Below are positions 43,876 through 53,377 of a stretch of DNA of 64,000 bases, one piece after another. The stretch is from the IMG/VR virus record IMGVR_UViG_3300030441_000216. The stretch is one strand, 5' to 3'. This stretch comes from a virus. Numbering within the stretch: the stretch's first letter is position 1; each line of letters begins with the position of its first letter. Under the pieces are notes generated by a model. It saw only the letters and a program-made list of their open reading frames with translations. It was not told where the DNA came from and ran no database searches. A program made the position numbers and the translations under genes.

Positions 43876-44712
43876 ATGATTAAAATTAATGGCGATATTG
43901 TAACAATCAATAAGTTCCCAGATGGAACACCAAGAGTAAATATTGATATAAACAACATTGAGGAAGACTCTTATGATGGCTCTCCTTGTATTTGGATTGA
44001 ATGGATTTATGAGAGTAACGATGAGATATTTTATCTGATGTTAGTAAAGAAACATCTTGAAAGATTTTTTACTAATGTGGATTATTATTTGTCTCTTCCA
44101 TATATTCCTAATGCACGAATGGATAGAGTAAAAAATGATGATGAAGTATTCACATTGAAGTATTTTTGCGATTTTATCAATTGGTTAGGATTTTCATCAG
44201 TTTATGTTTTAGATGCTCATAGCGATGTTTCTACTGCATTACTCAATAATTGTGTAAAAGAAAATCCAAAAGAGTATGTTGATAAAGCTATTTCAAAGAT
44301 TGGTATGAGAAATCTTGTACTTTATTTTCCAGATGCAGGTGCAGCTAAGAGATATTCAGATTTATTCCCTGAGTTACCGTATTGTTATGGTGAAAAGAAG
44401 AGAGATTGGAAGACTGGTAAAATCCTTGGATTAGACATTAGAACAAATGGTATTGATTTGAAGGATAAAGCTGTGTTAATGATTGATGATATTATCGCAT
44501 ATGGCGGTTCACTTTATTATAGTGCAGAAGAATTAAAGAAACATGGTGTAACTGAGATTTATGCGTATGCAACACATACAGAGAATTCAATTCTTGATAA
44601 AGAAAAAGGAACGTTGATCAAGTCTTTGGAGAATAATACAGTGAACAGATTATTTACGACAAACAGTTTATTTAATGGTAGTCATGAAAAAATTACAGTT
44701 ATGGAGGTTTAA
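43876..44712 (+). CDS. ribose-phosphate pyrophosphokinase (Prs)-family protein, candidate ADPR-pyrophosphate synthetase (Adps-like)
   Basis: Aligns by eye to Prs: KFPDGTPRVNI, LPYIPNARMDRV, VLDAHSD, FPDAGAAKRYSDL, VLMIDDIIAYGGSL...IYAYATH (PRPP-binding loop). Confidence 0.85.
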   Translation: MIKINGDIVTINKFPDGTPRVNIDINNIEEDSYDGSPCIWIEWIYESNDEIFYLMLVKKHLERFFTNVDYYLSLPYIPNARMDRVKNDDEVFTLKYFCDFINWLGFSSVYVLDAHSDVSTALLNNCVKENPKEYVDKAISKIGMRNLVLYFPDAGAAKRYSDLFPELPYCYGEKKRDWKTGKILGLDIRTNGIDLKDKAVLMIDDIIAYGGSLYYSAEELKKHGVTEIYAYATHTENSILDKEKGTLIKSLENNTVNRLFTTNSLFNGSHEKITVMEV

Positions 44713-44716
44713 AATT

Positions 44717-46177
44717 ATGGATAACACAATGGCTTTATTATTATCAGATACTTATAAACAGTGTCATGATCGCATGTACCCAAATGGTTTGACTAAATTG
44801 GTGTCGTATTGGGTGCCTAGAAAATCAATGTTAGAGAATCAGAATGAAATGGTTTTCTTTGGATTACAGGCATTTATCAAAGAATATTTAATGGGATATT
44901 TTCAGAAAAATTTCTTCGATTTATCGGAAGATGAGATGCTAACTCTTTATACAGATTCGATGGACGTACAGATTGGTAGAGACAACTATGATTTAGATAA
45001 AATTGTAGAGCTTCACAGATTAAGATATTTACCACTTGAGATTAGAGCATTACCAGAAGGTACACTTGTTCCTATGGGTGTTCCTTGTATTGAGATTACA
45101 AATACGGATGATAAATTTGCTTGGCTTGTTCAGTGGATCGAATGTATTCTTCAGGTAGAATTATGGAAGCCTTGTTGTCATGCAACTATCGGTCATATGT
45201 ATCGTGAGATTGCAGATTATTGGTATAACAAGACAACAGACGGGTTGCCTGGAAATATGGCTTGTGCAGATTTTGGCATGAGAGGAATGTCTTGTATGGA
45301 TGAAGCTACAAGATGTTCAGCATCATGGTTGCTTTCATTTAATAAGACATCTACAATTCCAGCAATTAATTATATTGATAGATATTACAATGCCGATTGT
45401 AAGAATAATGGTATTGGAATCGGTGCTGTCTCAACTGAGCATTCTGTAATGGGGGCTAATTTCTCAATTGATGGAGATGAGATTACGTTCGTTAAGAGAC
45501 TTTTAACAGAGTTATATCCAAATACATCATTTAGTATGGTTTCAGATACTTATGATTATTGGAATATGGTAAATAATATTCTTCCACAGTGTAAAGAAGA
45601 GATTATGAATCATAATGGAAAGCTCTTGGTTCGTCCTGATAGTGGTGATATTGTAGAGATTTCAGTTAAGACAGTTGAAAGGTTATGGGAGATTTTTGGT
45701 GGTTCTGTAAATGGTAAAGGTTATAAGGTATTAAATCCGCATATCGGTATTATTTATGGTGATGGCTGCACACTTTCTAATGTAGAAACTATTTGGAAAG
45801 AATTAGAAAAGCGTGGTTTCGCAGCTAATAATATTGCTTATGGTGTAGGAGCTTTTTGCTTCACTGCAATCGTTGAAAATGGCAAGATGATTGTTGTTAC
45901 AAGAGATACTTTTGGTATTGCAATGAAAGCTACATATGGAGTAATTGATGGTAAGAAGTTAATGATTTTCAAAGATCCTAAGACAGATACGAGTCACTTA
46001 AAGAAATCTCATAAAGGATGTTGTAGAGTATACGATGATAACGGTGAATTAAAGTGTCAAGATCAGTTACTTGAAATGAGTGATAACAGTTTACTTACTA
46101 CCGTATTTAAAGATGGAGAGTTAGTAAGAGAAGATACATTTGCGGATATCAGAAACAGAATGTACGGAGGTAAGTAA
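44717..46177 (+). CDS. nicotinamide phosphoribosyltransferase (NAMPT/NadV)-family protein, candidate Namat-like
   Basis: N-terminus LLLSDTYKQCHDRMYPNG matches the NAMPT start (LLATDSYKVTHYKQYPP). 486 aa; ATG 44717 lies 9 nt after GGAGG. Confidence 0.8.
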   Translation: MDNTMALLLSDTYKQCHDRMYPNGLTKLVSYWVPRKSMLENQNEMVFFGLQAFIKEYLMGYFQKNFFDLSEDEMLTLYTDSMDVQIGRDNYDLDKIVELHRLRYLPLEIRALPEGTLVPMGVPCIEITNTDDKFAWLVQWIECILQVELWKPCCHATIGHMYREIADYWYNKTTDGLPGNMACADFGMRGMSCMDEATRCSASWLLSFNKTSTIPAINYIDRYYNADCKNNGIGIGAVSTEHSVMGANFSIDGDEITFVKRLLTELYPNTSFSMVSDTYDYWNMVNNILPQCKEEIMNHNGKLLVRPDSGDIVEISVKTVERLWEIFGGSVNGKGYKVLNPHIGIIYGDGCTLSNVETIWKELEKRGFAANNIAYGVGAFCFTAIVENGKMIVVTRDTFGIAMKATYGVIDGKKLMIFKDPKTDTSHLKKSHKGCCRVYDDNGELKCQDQLLEMSDNSLLTTVFKDGELVREDTFADIRNRMYGGK

Positions 46178-46638
46178 TGATTAAAATTATTGATGGAGAC
46201 TTGCTCACTTCGAACACTGATATTATTGCGCACCAGGTTAATTGCAAAGGTGCTTTTAATTCTGGTGTTGCAAAAGCGATCCGTGATTATGATGCGCAAG
46301 TATATAAAGATTATCATAGTTTTTGTTCGATTAATACACCTGAACAATTATTGGGTTCTGTTAGATATTTTCAGTCTAATATTGACGCAAGAATATATGC
46401 AAATTTATTTGCACAAAAATCATATGGCTATGACGGAAAACAGTATACAGATATTAATTCTTTAAGAAAATGTTTTGAAAATTTGAGATCATATGCGGTT
46501 TTGGAAAATATGAGTATTGCAATGCCATATAAAATTGGCTGTGTTCGTGGCGGTGCAAATTGGGAGGAAGTACATCAAATGATAGAGGATATTTTTTATG
46601 ATTGCAATGTTGAATTATGGAGGCTTGACAAAGGATGA
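46177..46638 (+). CDS. macro-domain protein (second copy)
   Basis: IIDGDLLTSNTDIIAHQVNCKGAFNSGVAKAI matches GDIT...DAIVNAAN..L.GGGV..AI. Confidence 0.8.
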   Translation: MIKIIDGDLLTSNTDIIAHQVNCKGAFNSGVAKAIRDYDAQVYKDYHSFCSINTPEQLLGSVRYFQSNIDARIYANLFAQKSYGYDGKQYTDINSLRKCFENLRSYAVLENMSIAMPYKIGCVRGGANWEEVHQMIEDIFYDCNVELWRLDKG

Positions 46639-47048
46639 TAAATGAATTTAGAGGTAAATATTATTTTTTAAGCAACTTTTATTCTTCTCCTGTTACATAT
46701 GAAGGACTTACATATTTGAATAATGAAGCCGCTTTTCAATCAGCAAAAACTTTTTCAGATAGAGAATGTTTCACGAATTTAGATCCATCATCTGCAAAGA
46801 AACTTGGCAGAAGAGTTCAGCTTCGATCTGATTGGGAAGATGTGAAGTACAACGTTATGTACGAAATTGTAAAAGCGAAATTTACTCAAAATTTAAAGCT
46901 CAAAGCAAAGTTACTTGAGACTGATAATCAGCATCTCGAAGAAGGTAATACTTGGGGTGATAAAATTTGGGGCACAGTGAATGGTGTTGGAGAAAATAAT
47001 TTAGGAAAAATTCTTATGAGAGTTAGAGAGGAGATTAGACATGAGTAA
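46635..47048 (+). CDS. NADAR/YbiA-like (DUF1768) protein
   Basis: GKYYFLSNFYSSPVTYEGLTYLNNEAAFQSAK...WGDKIWG fits the NADAR signature (FLSNF...E..FQ..K). Confidence 0.75.
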   Translation: MINEFRGKYYFLSNFYSSPVTYEGLTYLNNEAAFQSAKTFSDRECFTNLDPSSAKKLGRRVQLRSDWEDVKYNVMYEIVKAKFTQNLKLKAKLLETDNQHLEEGNTWGDKIWGTVNGVGENNLGKILMRVREEIRHE

Positions 47049-47778
47049 TTTTGATGTAAAGAAAGCAACTAATGATTGCGTTCAGTGGATTAAGGATTTC
47101 TTTGAACAGAATGGTAAAGATTGTATGGCAGTAGTGGGTATCTCAGGCGGAAAGGATTCAAGTGTTGTGGCAGCATTATGTGTAGAAGCTCTTAGTAAGG
47201 ATAGAGTAATTGGAGTCCTTATGCCACAAGGAGAACAAAGTGATATCGAATATTCAAAAATGTTGGTTGACTTTTTAGACATCACTAGAATTACGTGCAA
47301 TATTGAGGGTGCTGTCAATGAAGTGTTAGAGAGTTTTGAAGGTGTAGTTTCACCGACACCTCAGACAACAACAAATCTTCCTGCTCGTATTCGTATGGCT
47401 ACATTATATGCTATTTCTCAGTCAGTAAATGGTCGTGTTGCTAATACGTGTAATCTTTCCGAAAATTGGGTAGGTTACGCCACAAAATATGGTGACGCTG
47501 CTGGTGATTTCAGTCCGTTATCTCAGCTTACAGTAACAGAGGTTAAAGCTATTGGTCGTGAGTTGGGACTTCCGTCAGAATTAGTTGATAAGACACCTAC
47601 CGATGGTCTTTGCGGAAAGACTGATGAAGATAACCTTGGATTTACTTATGCTGAATTAGATGCATATATCAGAGATGGAATTGAGCCAAACGAGGAAGTA
47701 AAAACTAAGATTGATTCAATGCATGAGAAAAATCTGTTTAAATTACAGCCAATGCCAAGTTTTGTGTACCAGGCGTAA
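47041..47778 (+). CDS. nadE: NH3-dependent NAD+ synthetase
   Basis: PP-loop VVGISGGKDSSV, RIRMATLYAIS, ENWVGYATKYGDAAGDFSPL, DKTPTDGL...DEDNLGFTYAELDAYI. Confidence 0.9.
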   Translation: MSNFDVKKATNDCVQWIKDFFEQNGKDCMAVVGISGGKDSSVVAALCVEALSKDRVIGVLMPQGEQSDIEYSKMLVDFLDITRITCNIEGAVNEVLESFEGVVSPTPQTTTNLPARIRMATLYAISQSVNGRVANTCNLSENWVGYATKYGDAAGDFSPLSQLTVTEVKAIGRELGLPSELVDKTPTDGLCGKTDEDNLGFTYAELDAYIRDGIEPNEEVKTKIDSMHEKNLFKLQPMPSFVYQA

Positions 47779-47785
47779 ACAAGAT

Positions 47786-47829
47786 ACTATATATAGTGCT
47801 TATAGAAAATATAGACACTATATATAGTG
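47786..47829. promoter_or_regulatory. paired palindromic boxes TACTATATATAGTG-18 nt-CACTATATATAGTG
   Basis: Lies between nadE and gene 47890; the second box is a perfect 14-bp palindrome. Confidence 0.55.
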
Positions 47830-47889
47830 ATATTTTTACAAAGAAACATAGATTTCTTTTGGAGAATAAATTAGCAGGAGGTAAGCAAT

Positions 47890-48426
47890 ATGGAATATAG
47901 AGAGATTAATTTTTGCTGCGGTTGGACTATTGAACGAGCTGTAAAGGAATTACACGAAAGAGCAAAGGATGGCAATAAATATTGTGGTGAATTCAATGGG
48001 AATAAACTAACATCTGATATGTCTTTAGATGATGCTTATATGCTTTGTATAGGCAAAACTTTTGACGAATTTAATAAAGAGCAAGAAGAAAGTCGTCAAA
48101 GATTAATTCATGAAGAGGAAGAACACAAAAGAAAAATCCCTGAATTATCAAAGTATTGGATAGAAGAAGGTCATAAGGTTTTATCTAAAGATAAATGGGA
48201 AATGTGGGATAAATGTGTTCCTATTCGACTTGGTGATTTATATAGAGGAATGGAACTTGGTCAGTGTTTAGATATTATCAGAACCGTTAAAGAAAAATCT
48301 ATTCAAGATGGAATTGAAATTATGAAAAATCAGGGACATTCTGGTATGTCATGGGGATTAATGAAGTCTATGGTTAGAGAATTTTGTGATTGTGGAAACG
48401 AATTCTTAGAACAGTTGGGAGAATAA
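47890..48426 (+). CDS. hypothetical protein
   Basis: SD AGCAGGAGGTAAGCAAT-ATG. Confidence 0.6.
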   Translation: MEYREINFCCGWTIERAVKELHERAKDGNKYCGEFNGNKLTSDMSLDDAYMLCIGKTFDEFNKEQEESRQRLIHEEEEHKRKIPELSKYWIEEGHKVLSKDKWEMWDKCVPIRLGDLYRGMELGQCLDIIRTVKEKSIQDGIEIMKNQGHSGMSWGLMKSMVREFCDCGNEFLEQLGE

Positions 48427-48427
48427 T

Positions 48428-48691
48428 ATGGCAGGATTTGTATCAAAGCAACCAAATGGATTATATTGTAGATTTTCGAGTGTTACGGATTGTCCTACAG
48501 CATGGAATATGACGAGAGAAGATTATATCAATATGAAAATGCAGGAAGCAAAAGAAGATGCTGAAGATGTATTAGATAATTATTTAAAGCCGTTTGATAT
48601 AGTGATGGATATGTATTATCCGAACAATATGACAAAAGAGGAATTTGATAAATTTCTTGAAGAGACTGGATATGATAAGAAATCTAAATAA
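48428..48691 (+). CDS. hypothetical protein
   Basis: ATG overlaps the upstream stop (GGAGAATAATATGG). Confidence 0.5.
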   Translation: MAGFVSKQPNGLYCRFSSVTDCPTAWNMTREDYINMKMQEAKEDAEDVLDNYLKPFDIVMDMYYPNNMTKEEFDKFLEETGYDKKSK

Positions 48692-48724
48692 AGCAGAGAA
48701 TAACATAATAGGAGGTGCAAATAA

Positions 48725-49138
48725 ATGCAGAATATTAGTATTAAAGGAGTTTGCGATTGTGTAGACTTAGACAGAAATATCAAATTAACAAATGGTGCAG
48801 TCGTAGTGCAGAAAGAAAATAACAATGTAATAGGTGTTTATTTAGTGATTTCGTTCAGAGACAATAAAAACAAATATGGTGGTGACACTACATCAACATA
48901 TTGTAGTTTGGTAAATCTCGACAATGGACAATTAGCTTTTGAAGAAAGATGTAGTCGTGCTACAACAGAGAGACGTGTTCTTAGACATTTAACAAGAGCA
49001 GGTTTTAGTTATCCTTATGATCCAAATTCTCATGAGCAGGATAGTAAGTTTTATAATATGAGGGTTCAGGTTTATAACAATGGAAATTACAAAATGAATC
49101 TTGAACTTGGTGATGAATACATTATGTATGGTAGATAG
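48725..49138 (+). CDS. hypothetical protein
   Basis: SD ATAGGAGGTGCAAATAA-ATG. Confidence 0.55.
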   Translation: MQNISIKGVCDCVDLDRNIKLTNGAVVVQKENNNVIGVYLVISFRDNKNKYGGDTTSTYCSLVNLDNGQLAFEERCSRATTERRVLRHLTRAGFSYPYDPNSHEQDSKFYNMRVQVYNNGNYKMNLELGDEYIMYGR

Positions 49139-49141
49139 GAG

Positions 49142-49511
49142 AATAAATCATATGAAGAAGAAAATTTTATATAGTTTGGCTTTACTATTAGCATTTATGT
49201 TTATATTAACCGGCTGTGCAAAATGCATTAGCACCGAAATATCTACGGTTCAAGTAAAAATAATAGATGAATATCACAGGGCTGCTTATACAACAATGCA
49301 TTATAGTCCTGCGACTAAAACGATGATACCACAATCGCATCCAGCAGTTTATAGAATTACTGTTGAATATAACGGTGTAGAATATAATATTTCTGGTAGT
49401 AATACATATAACAAATATTCAGACAAAATTGGAGAATATGTTGATGGAATATTAGAAACCAAGAAATATGACGATGGCACTGTTAGATACAATATTGTTG
49501 ACTTACCATAG
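49142..49511 (+). CDS. lipoprotein
   Basis: MKKKILYSLALLLAFMFILTGC is a signal peptide plus lipobox (LTGC). SD TAGGAGAATAAATCAT-ATG. ORF-track 49101 trimmed. Confidence 0.7.
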
Positions 49512-49576
49512 TAAATAAATGATATTACAAAAGACACAGTAAACAGAAGTTTCTTTGCAACTTAGGAGGTATAAAA

Positions 49577-49918
49577 ATGCTATTTTCAGAAGCAAAAACG
49601 AAAATAGGAACTTGGACTGATATTGAATGTGTTCCTACTGGAAAGATTGAAACAAAAGAACAGTATGACTATTTAAAATATTATGTTGAAAATACACCAA
49701 TAGATGATAGATATATTAAATCATTTGAAGAATCAAAGGGTAAATATATACATATGGGATCTTGGTTTGGTGGTGCAGGGTTTTATTTTTATATGAGTGA
49801 TGAACCACAAGGCGATTATAATTACAGAATAGAAGATAAAAATGGTGTAATTGTTGGTTATACAAAATATGAAGAAGATTTTTCATATGGTAAATTAGGA
49901 AAAATTGAATTCGATTAA
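49577..49918 (+). CDS. hypothetical protein
   Basis: SD CTTAGGAGGTATAAAA-ATG. Confidence 0.55.
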   Translation: MLFSEAKTKIGTWTDIECVPTGKIETKEQYDYLKYYVENTPIDDRYIKSFEESKGKYIHMGSWFGGAGFYFYMSDEPQGDYNYRIEDKNGVIVGYTKYEEDFSYGKLGKIEFD

Positions 49919-49987
49919 GAGAATAATACATTGAAAGGAGCAAGAGATTTGCTGCAGCATTAAATCTGGATTTGCTCTGAGTAAAAA

Positions 49988-50851
49988 ATGTTAGAGATTA
50001 ACAAAATATACAATGAAGATTGTCTTGAAGGTATGAAAAAGATTGATGATAAGTCAATTGATTTTATCTTCACGGATTTGCCTTATAATACGACCAATAA
50101 TTTTTGGGAATGTGAAATGCCGTTAAATGATTATGTCGAGTTATCAGGTCAATATTTTTATGAAACAGATTTATTTAAGTTAGCTCAAGTAACAAATAGT
50201 AGTCTTGAATATACAAGAGATTGGTTTTATGAGAACAAAAAAGATGGTTTATGGACTCATTACAATCGAATCATCAAAGATAATGGTTGTATTGCATTAT
50301 GGGCGCAGTCACCATTTGATAAGAGACTCGCTTGTAGTAATGAAAAATTGTATCGCTATGAATGGATTATCGAAAAGACCAAAGCAACTGGTCATCTAAA
50401 TGCTAAGAAAATGCCTATGAAGGCACACGAAAATGTTTTGATTTTCTATAAAAAACTCCCTACTTACAATCCACAAATGACAGAAGGACATACACCTGTT
50501 CATTCTTATACAAAACATACAACAGATGGCAACTGTTATGGTGCTACAAAGACTGGTATTTCAGGTGGTGGCAGTACACAAAGATATCCAAGAGATGTTC
50601 TGCAGTTCAAGTGGGATACTCAGAAAAGTAGCTTACATCAGTGCCAAAAGCCTGTTGAAGCATGTGAGTATTTTATTAAGACCTACACCAATCCAGGAGA
50701 TTTAGTTCTTGATTCGTGTGCAGGAAGTTGTACAACTGCAGTTGCAGCTTTGAATATAGGTAGAAATTATATATGTTTTGAGAAGGACAAGGATATTTTT
50801 GAGGTTGGAAGTAAGAGAGTAGCTGAGTGCAAAGGAGAGAAAAATGACTGA
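49988..50851 (+). CDS. DNA methyltransferase, N4/N6 class (DPPY-type)
   Basis: FIFTDLPYNT (DPPY-like) and LVLDSCAGSCTTAVAALNIGRNYICFEKD (AdoMet-binding FxGxG-like, at the C-terminus). Confidence 0.8.
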   Translation: MLEINKIYNEDCLEGMKKIDDKSIDFIFTDLPYNTTNNFWECEMPLNDYVELSGQYFYETDLFKLAQVTNSSLEYTRDWFYENKKDGLWTHYNRIIKDNGCIALWAQSPFDKRLACSNEKLYRYEWIIEKTKATGHLNAKKMPMKAHENVLIFYKKLPTYNPQMTEGHTPVHSYTKHTTDGNCYGATKTGISGGGSTQRYPRDVLQFKWDTQKSSLHQCQKPVEACEYFIKTYTNPGDLVLDSCAGSCTTAVAALNIGRNYICFEKDKDIFEVGSKRVAECKGEKND

Positions 50852-51050
50852 GAAAGAAAAATTATTAGAATACATTAAGAAACCAGTATTGACCACAGCA
50901 AGAAATAGCATGGGTTGTGATGAAAATTGGTATAATTCATATTTTGCAATCAAAGAGACTTTTTCGATTGAAGAAATCAATTTTATGTCTGATAAGGAAG
51001 TAGCGAATCTCGTAAGACTTGGAGATTCAATGTCGGAAGCATTGTATTAA
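50844..51050 (+). CDS. hypothetical small protein
   Basis: SD AAAGGAGAGAAAA-ATG; overlaps the upstream gene end. Confidence 0.45.
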   Translation: MTEKEKLLEYIKKPVLTTARNSMGCDENWYNSYFAIKETFSIEEINFMSDKEVANLVRLGDSMSEALY

Positions 51051-51117
51051 AAATAAGAATAATGAAAGGAGACGAGGTTCGTGTACACAAGAAGGAATTC
51101 CTTACTCCAAGTAATTT

Positions 51118-51840
51118 ATGAAATACGTTGGTAGCAAAAATAGATTAAGCAAAGATTTAGCACCAATTATTCAATCATATATAACTAATGAGACGGAAGG
51201 ATATTTAGAGCCTTTCGTTGGTGGTGCTAATATGATTGATAAAATTAAATGCGATAAAAAAATAGGTACAGACAATCACAAATATTTAATTGCTGTACTT
51301 AAAAAGTTATCTGAAGGTTGGACACCGCCAGAAGACATTACAGAAGAAAAATATAAGGATATTCAAAATAATAAAGAAGGATATCCAGATTATTTGGTTG
51401 GATATGTTGGGTTTCAGCTTTCATATGGTGGGAAATGGTTTGGTGGGTACAGAAGAGACAAGGTTGGAAAACGTAATTACTCATTAGAAGCATATAAAAA
51501 TACTATCAAACAAATCCCAAATCTTAAAAATATTCAATTTGAAGTGTTCGACTTCAGAAATATTCCCTTAGAAAAAATTAAAAATTATGTTATTTATTGC
51601 GATATTCCGTATCGTGATACAACAAAGTATTCAACTGGAGGCTTCCCATATGAAGAATTTTACGAATGGGTTAAGAAGACAAGTGTAAATAATACTGTTT
51701 TAATTAGTGAATATAACATGCCTGATGAGTTTGAATGTATCTGGCAAAAAGAAACTAAAACGCTTTTGGATAGTAACAAAGAAAAAAGCGATGATAAGAA
51801 TATTAGAATTGAGAAGTTGTTTACATATAACGGTAAATAA
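51118..51840 (+). CDS. Dam-family (D12 class) N6-adenine DNA methyltransferase
   Basis: N-terminal KYVGSKNRL (KWAGGK-like) and YCDIPYRD (DPPY). First in-frame ATG is at 51118, with the nearest SD 40 nt upstream. Confidence 0.8.
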   Translation: MKYVGSKNRLSKDLAPIIQSYITNETEGYLEPFVGGANMIDKIKCDKKIGTDNHKYLIAVLKKLSEGWTPPEDITEEKYKDIQNNKEGYPDYLVGYVGFQLSYGGKWFGGYRRDKVGKRNYSLEAYKNTIKQIPNLKNIQFEVFDFRNIPLEKIKNYVIYCDIPYRDTTKYSTGGFPYEEFYEWVKKTSVNNTVLISEYNMPDEFECIWQKETKTLLDSNKEKSDDKNIRIEKLFTYNGK

Positions 51841-51991
51841 AAACTAACAAGAAATTTTGGTTTCATGGTTTGTCACGAAAACCATACAATATTCGAGACA
51901 AAAAGAGAATATAACAATGTAATTACAAGTTAAGGAAAGGAAAAAAGTTCACATGTGAGTAAAGCTGCGCAGCTACTATTGGTGAACAAAT

Positions 51992-52828
51992 TTGAAAAAT
52001 ACATATATTAAATCGCCTCTAAATTATGTCGGAGGCAAGTATAAGTTACTACCAATCATTGTACCAATGTTCCCAGATAAGATAAATACTTTTGTGGATT
52101 TATTTGGTGGAGGTTTTAATGTTGGTATTAATGTAAATGCCGATCATATTATCTATAATGATATATGCAAACAGGTAGTTGGTTTTCTAAAATATTTACA
52201 AGGTTCAAATATTGAAGAAGTGCTACAGAAAATTGATTCATATATTGATAAGTATGAATTAACGAAAGAAAACAAAGAAGGATATTTACTGTTTAGAGAA
52301 GAATACAACATAGGTATCAAAGATCCAATTAAATTCTATACGCTTTTATGTTATGCGTTCAATAATCAAATCAGATTCAATTCCAAAGGTGAATATAATA
52401 TGCCTTTTGGCAAAGATAGATCAAGTTTTAATCCCACTCTTAGACAAAAATTTATAGATTTTCACAAGCGACTAAATGAAATAGATTGTAGTTTCTTAAA
52501 TATTCCATTTGAGAGATTTGATTTTTCTGATTTTATGGAAGGTGATTTTGTTTATGCAGATCCACCATATTTTAATTCTGTTGCTACATACAATGAAAAT
52601 GGTGGTTGGACAGAAGAAATGGAGAATAAATTACTAGAGACTCTTGATACTTTGAATGATAAAGGCGTTAAGTTTGCATTAAGTAATAATCTCAAATATG
52701 ATAATCCATTACTTGATAAATGGAAAGATAAATACATAGTTCATTATTTAAAACATGATTATAGCAACTGCAATTATCAGAAAAAGGACAAGAGTGCCGA
52801 TTGCGAGGTATTAATCACAAATTATTAA
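51992..52828 (+). CDS. Dam-family (D12 class) N6-adenine DNA methyltransferase
   Basis: PLNYVGGKYKLLP, FVDLFGGGFNVG and VYADPPYF. TTG 51992 lies 6 nt after GGTGA. Confidence 0.8.
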   Translation: MKNTYIKSPLNYVGGKYKLLPIIVPMFPDKINTFVDLFGGGFNVGINVNADHIIYNDICKQVVGFLKYLQGSNIEEVLQKIDSYIDKYELTKENKEGYLLFREEYNIGIKDPIKFYTLLCYAFNNQIRFNSKGEYNMPFGKDRSSFNPTLRQKFIDFHKRLNEIDCSFLNIPFERFDFSDFMEGDFVYADPPYFNSVATYNENGGWTEEMENKLLETLDTLNDKGVKFALSNNLKYDNPLLDKWKDKYIVHYLKHDYSNCNYQKKDKSADCEVLITNY

Positions 52829-52917
52829 AATCTCAATCTCTGAAATGCCCTAAAATCAAGGCTTTCAGAGGTTGAAAAAGCCAAGGAAAACCACGTTTCA
52901 TTTGAGGAGGTGATTGA

Positions 52918-53079
52918 GTGGATACATCATGTGAAACTTGTAAATGTAATACCTGTAAGATGAATGAAAATGGTGGCATTTATGGTGGATGTTTCGATTG
53001 TGAAGATTGTAAAGAACAAGATTTATACTGTGAAGATTGTTCAATGTATGAATATGACAAAGATAGACTGAGTAATTAG
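52918..53079 (+). CDS. Cys-rich 53-aa protein (not in ORF track)
   Basis: GTG 52918 lies 8 nt after TTGAGGAGGTG; sequence CETCKCNTCK...CFDCEDCK...CEDC. Confidence 0.45.
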   Translation: MDTSCETCKCNTCKMNENGGIYGGCFDCEDCKEQDLYCEDCSMYEYDKDRLSN

Positions 53080-53091
53080 GCGAATAATAGT

Positions 53092-53373
53092 ATGAATAAG
53101 AGACAGAAAAAGAAATTCATTAAGAAGAATATGACTAAGCTAAGGAAGATACATCCAAGCGAAGGTGATATTATAGTTCTTCGGTGGAATCCAGATAGTG
53201 AATATATAGATTTTGACACCATTGTTGAGTTTTATAAAGTTTGGAAGAATGCAGGAATTTTTGATAAATGTGGAGTTGCTATTGTCCCATGTGATTTTAA
53301 GATTTTCAATAATGAAGAGGCTCAAATATATATTGACAAATTACAGAGTATTGTAGATCAGATGGGGGAATAA
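53092..53373 (+). CDS. hypothetical protein
   Basis: ORF-track ORF. Confidence 0.5.
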   Translation: MNKRQKKKFIKKNMTKLRKIHPSEGDIIVLRWNPDSEYIDFDTIVEFYKVWKNAGIFDKCGVAIVPCDFKIFNNEEAQIYIDKLQSIVDQMGE

Positions 53374-53377
53374 GAAT

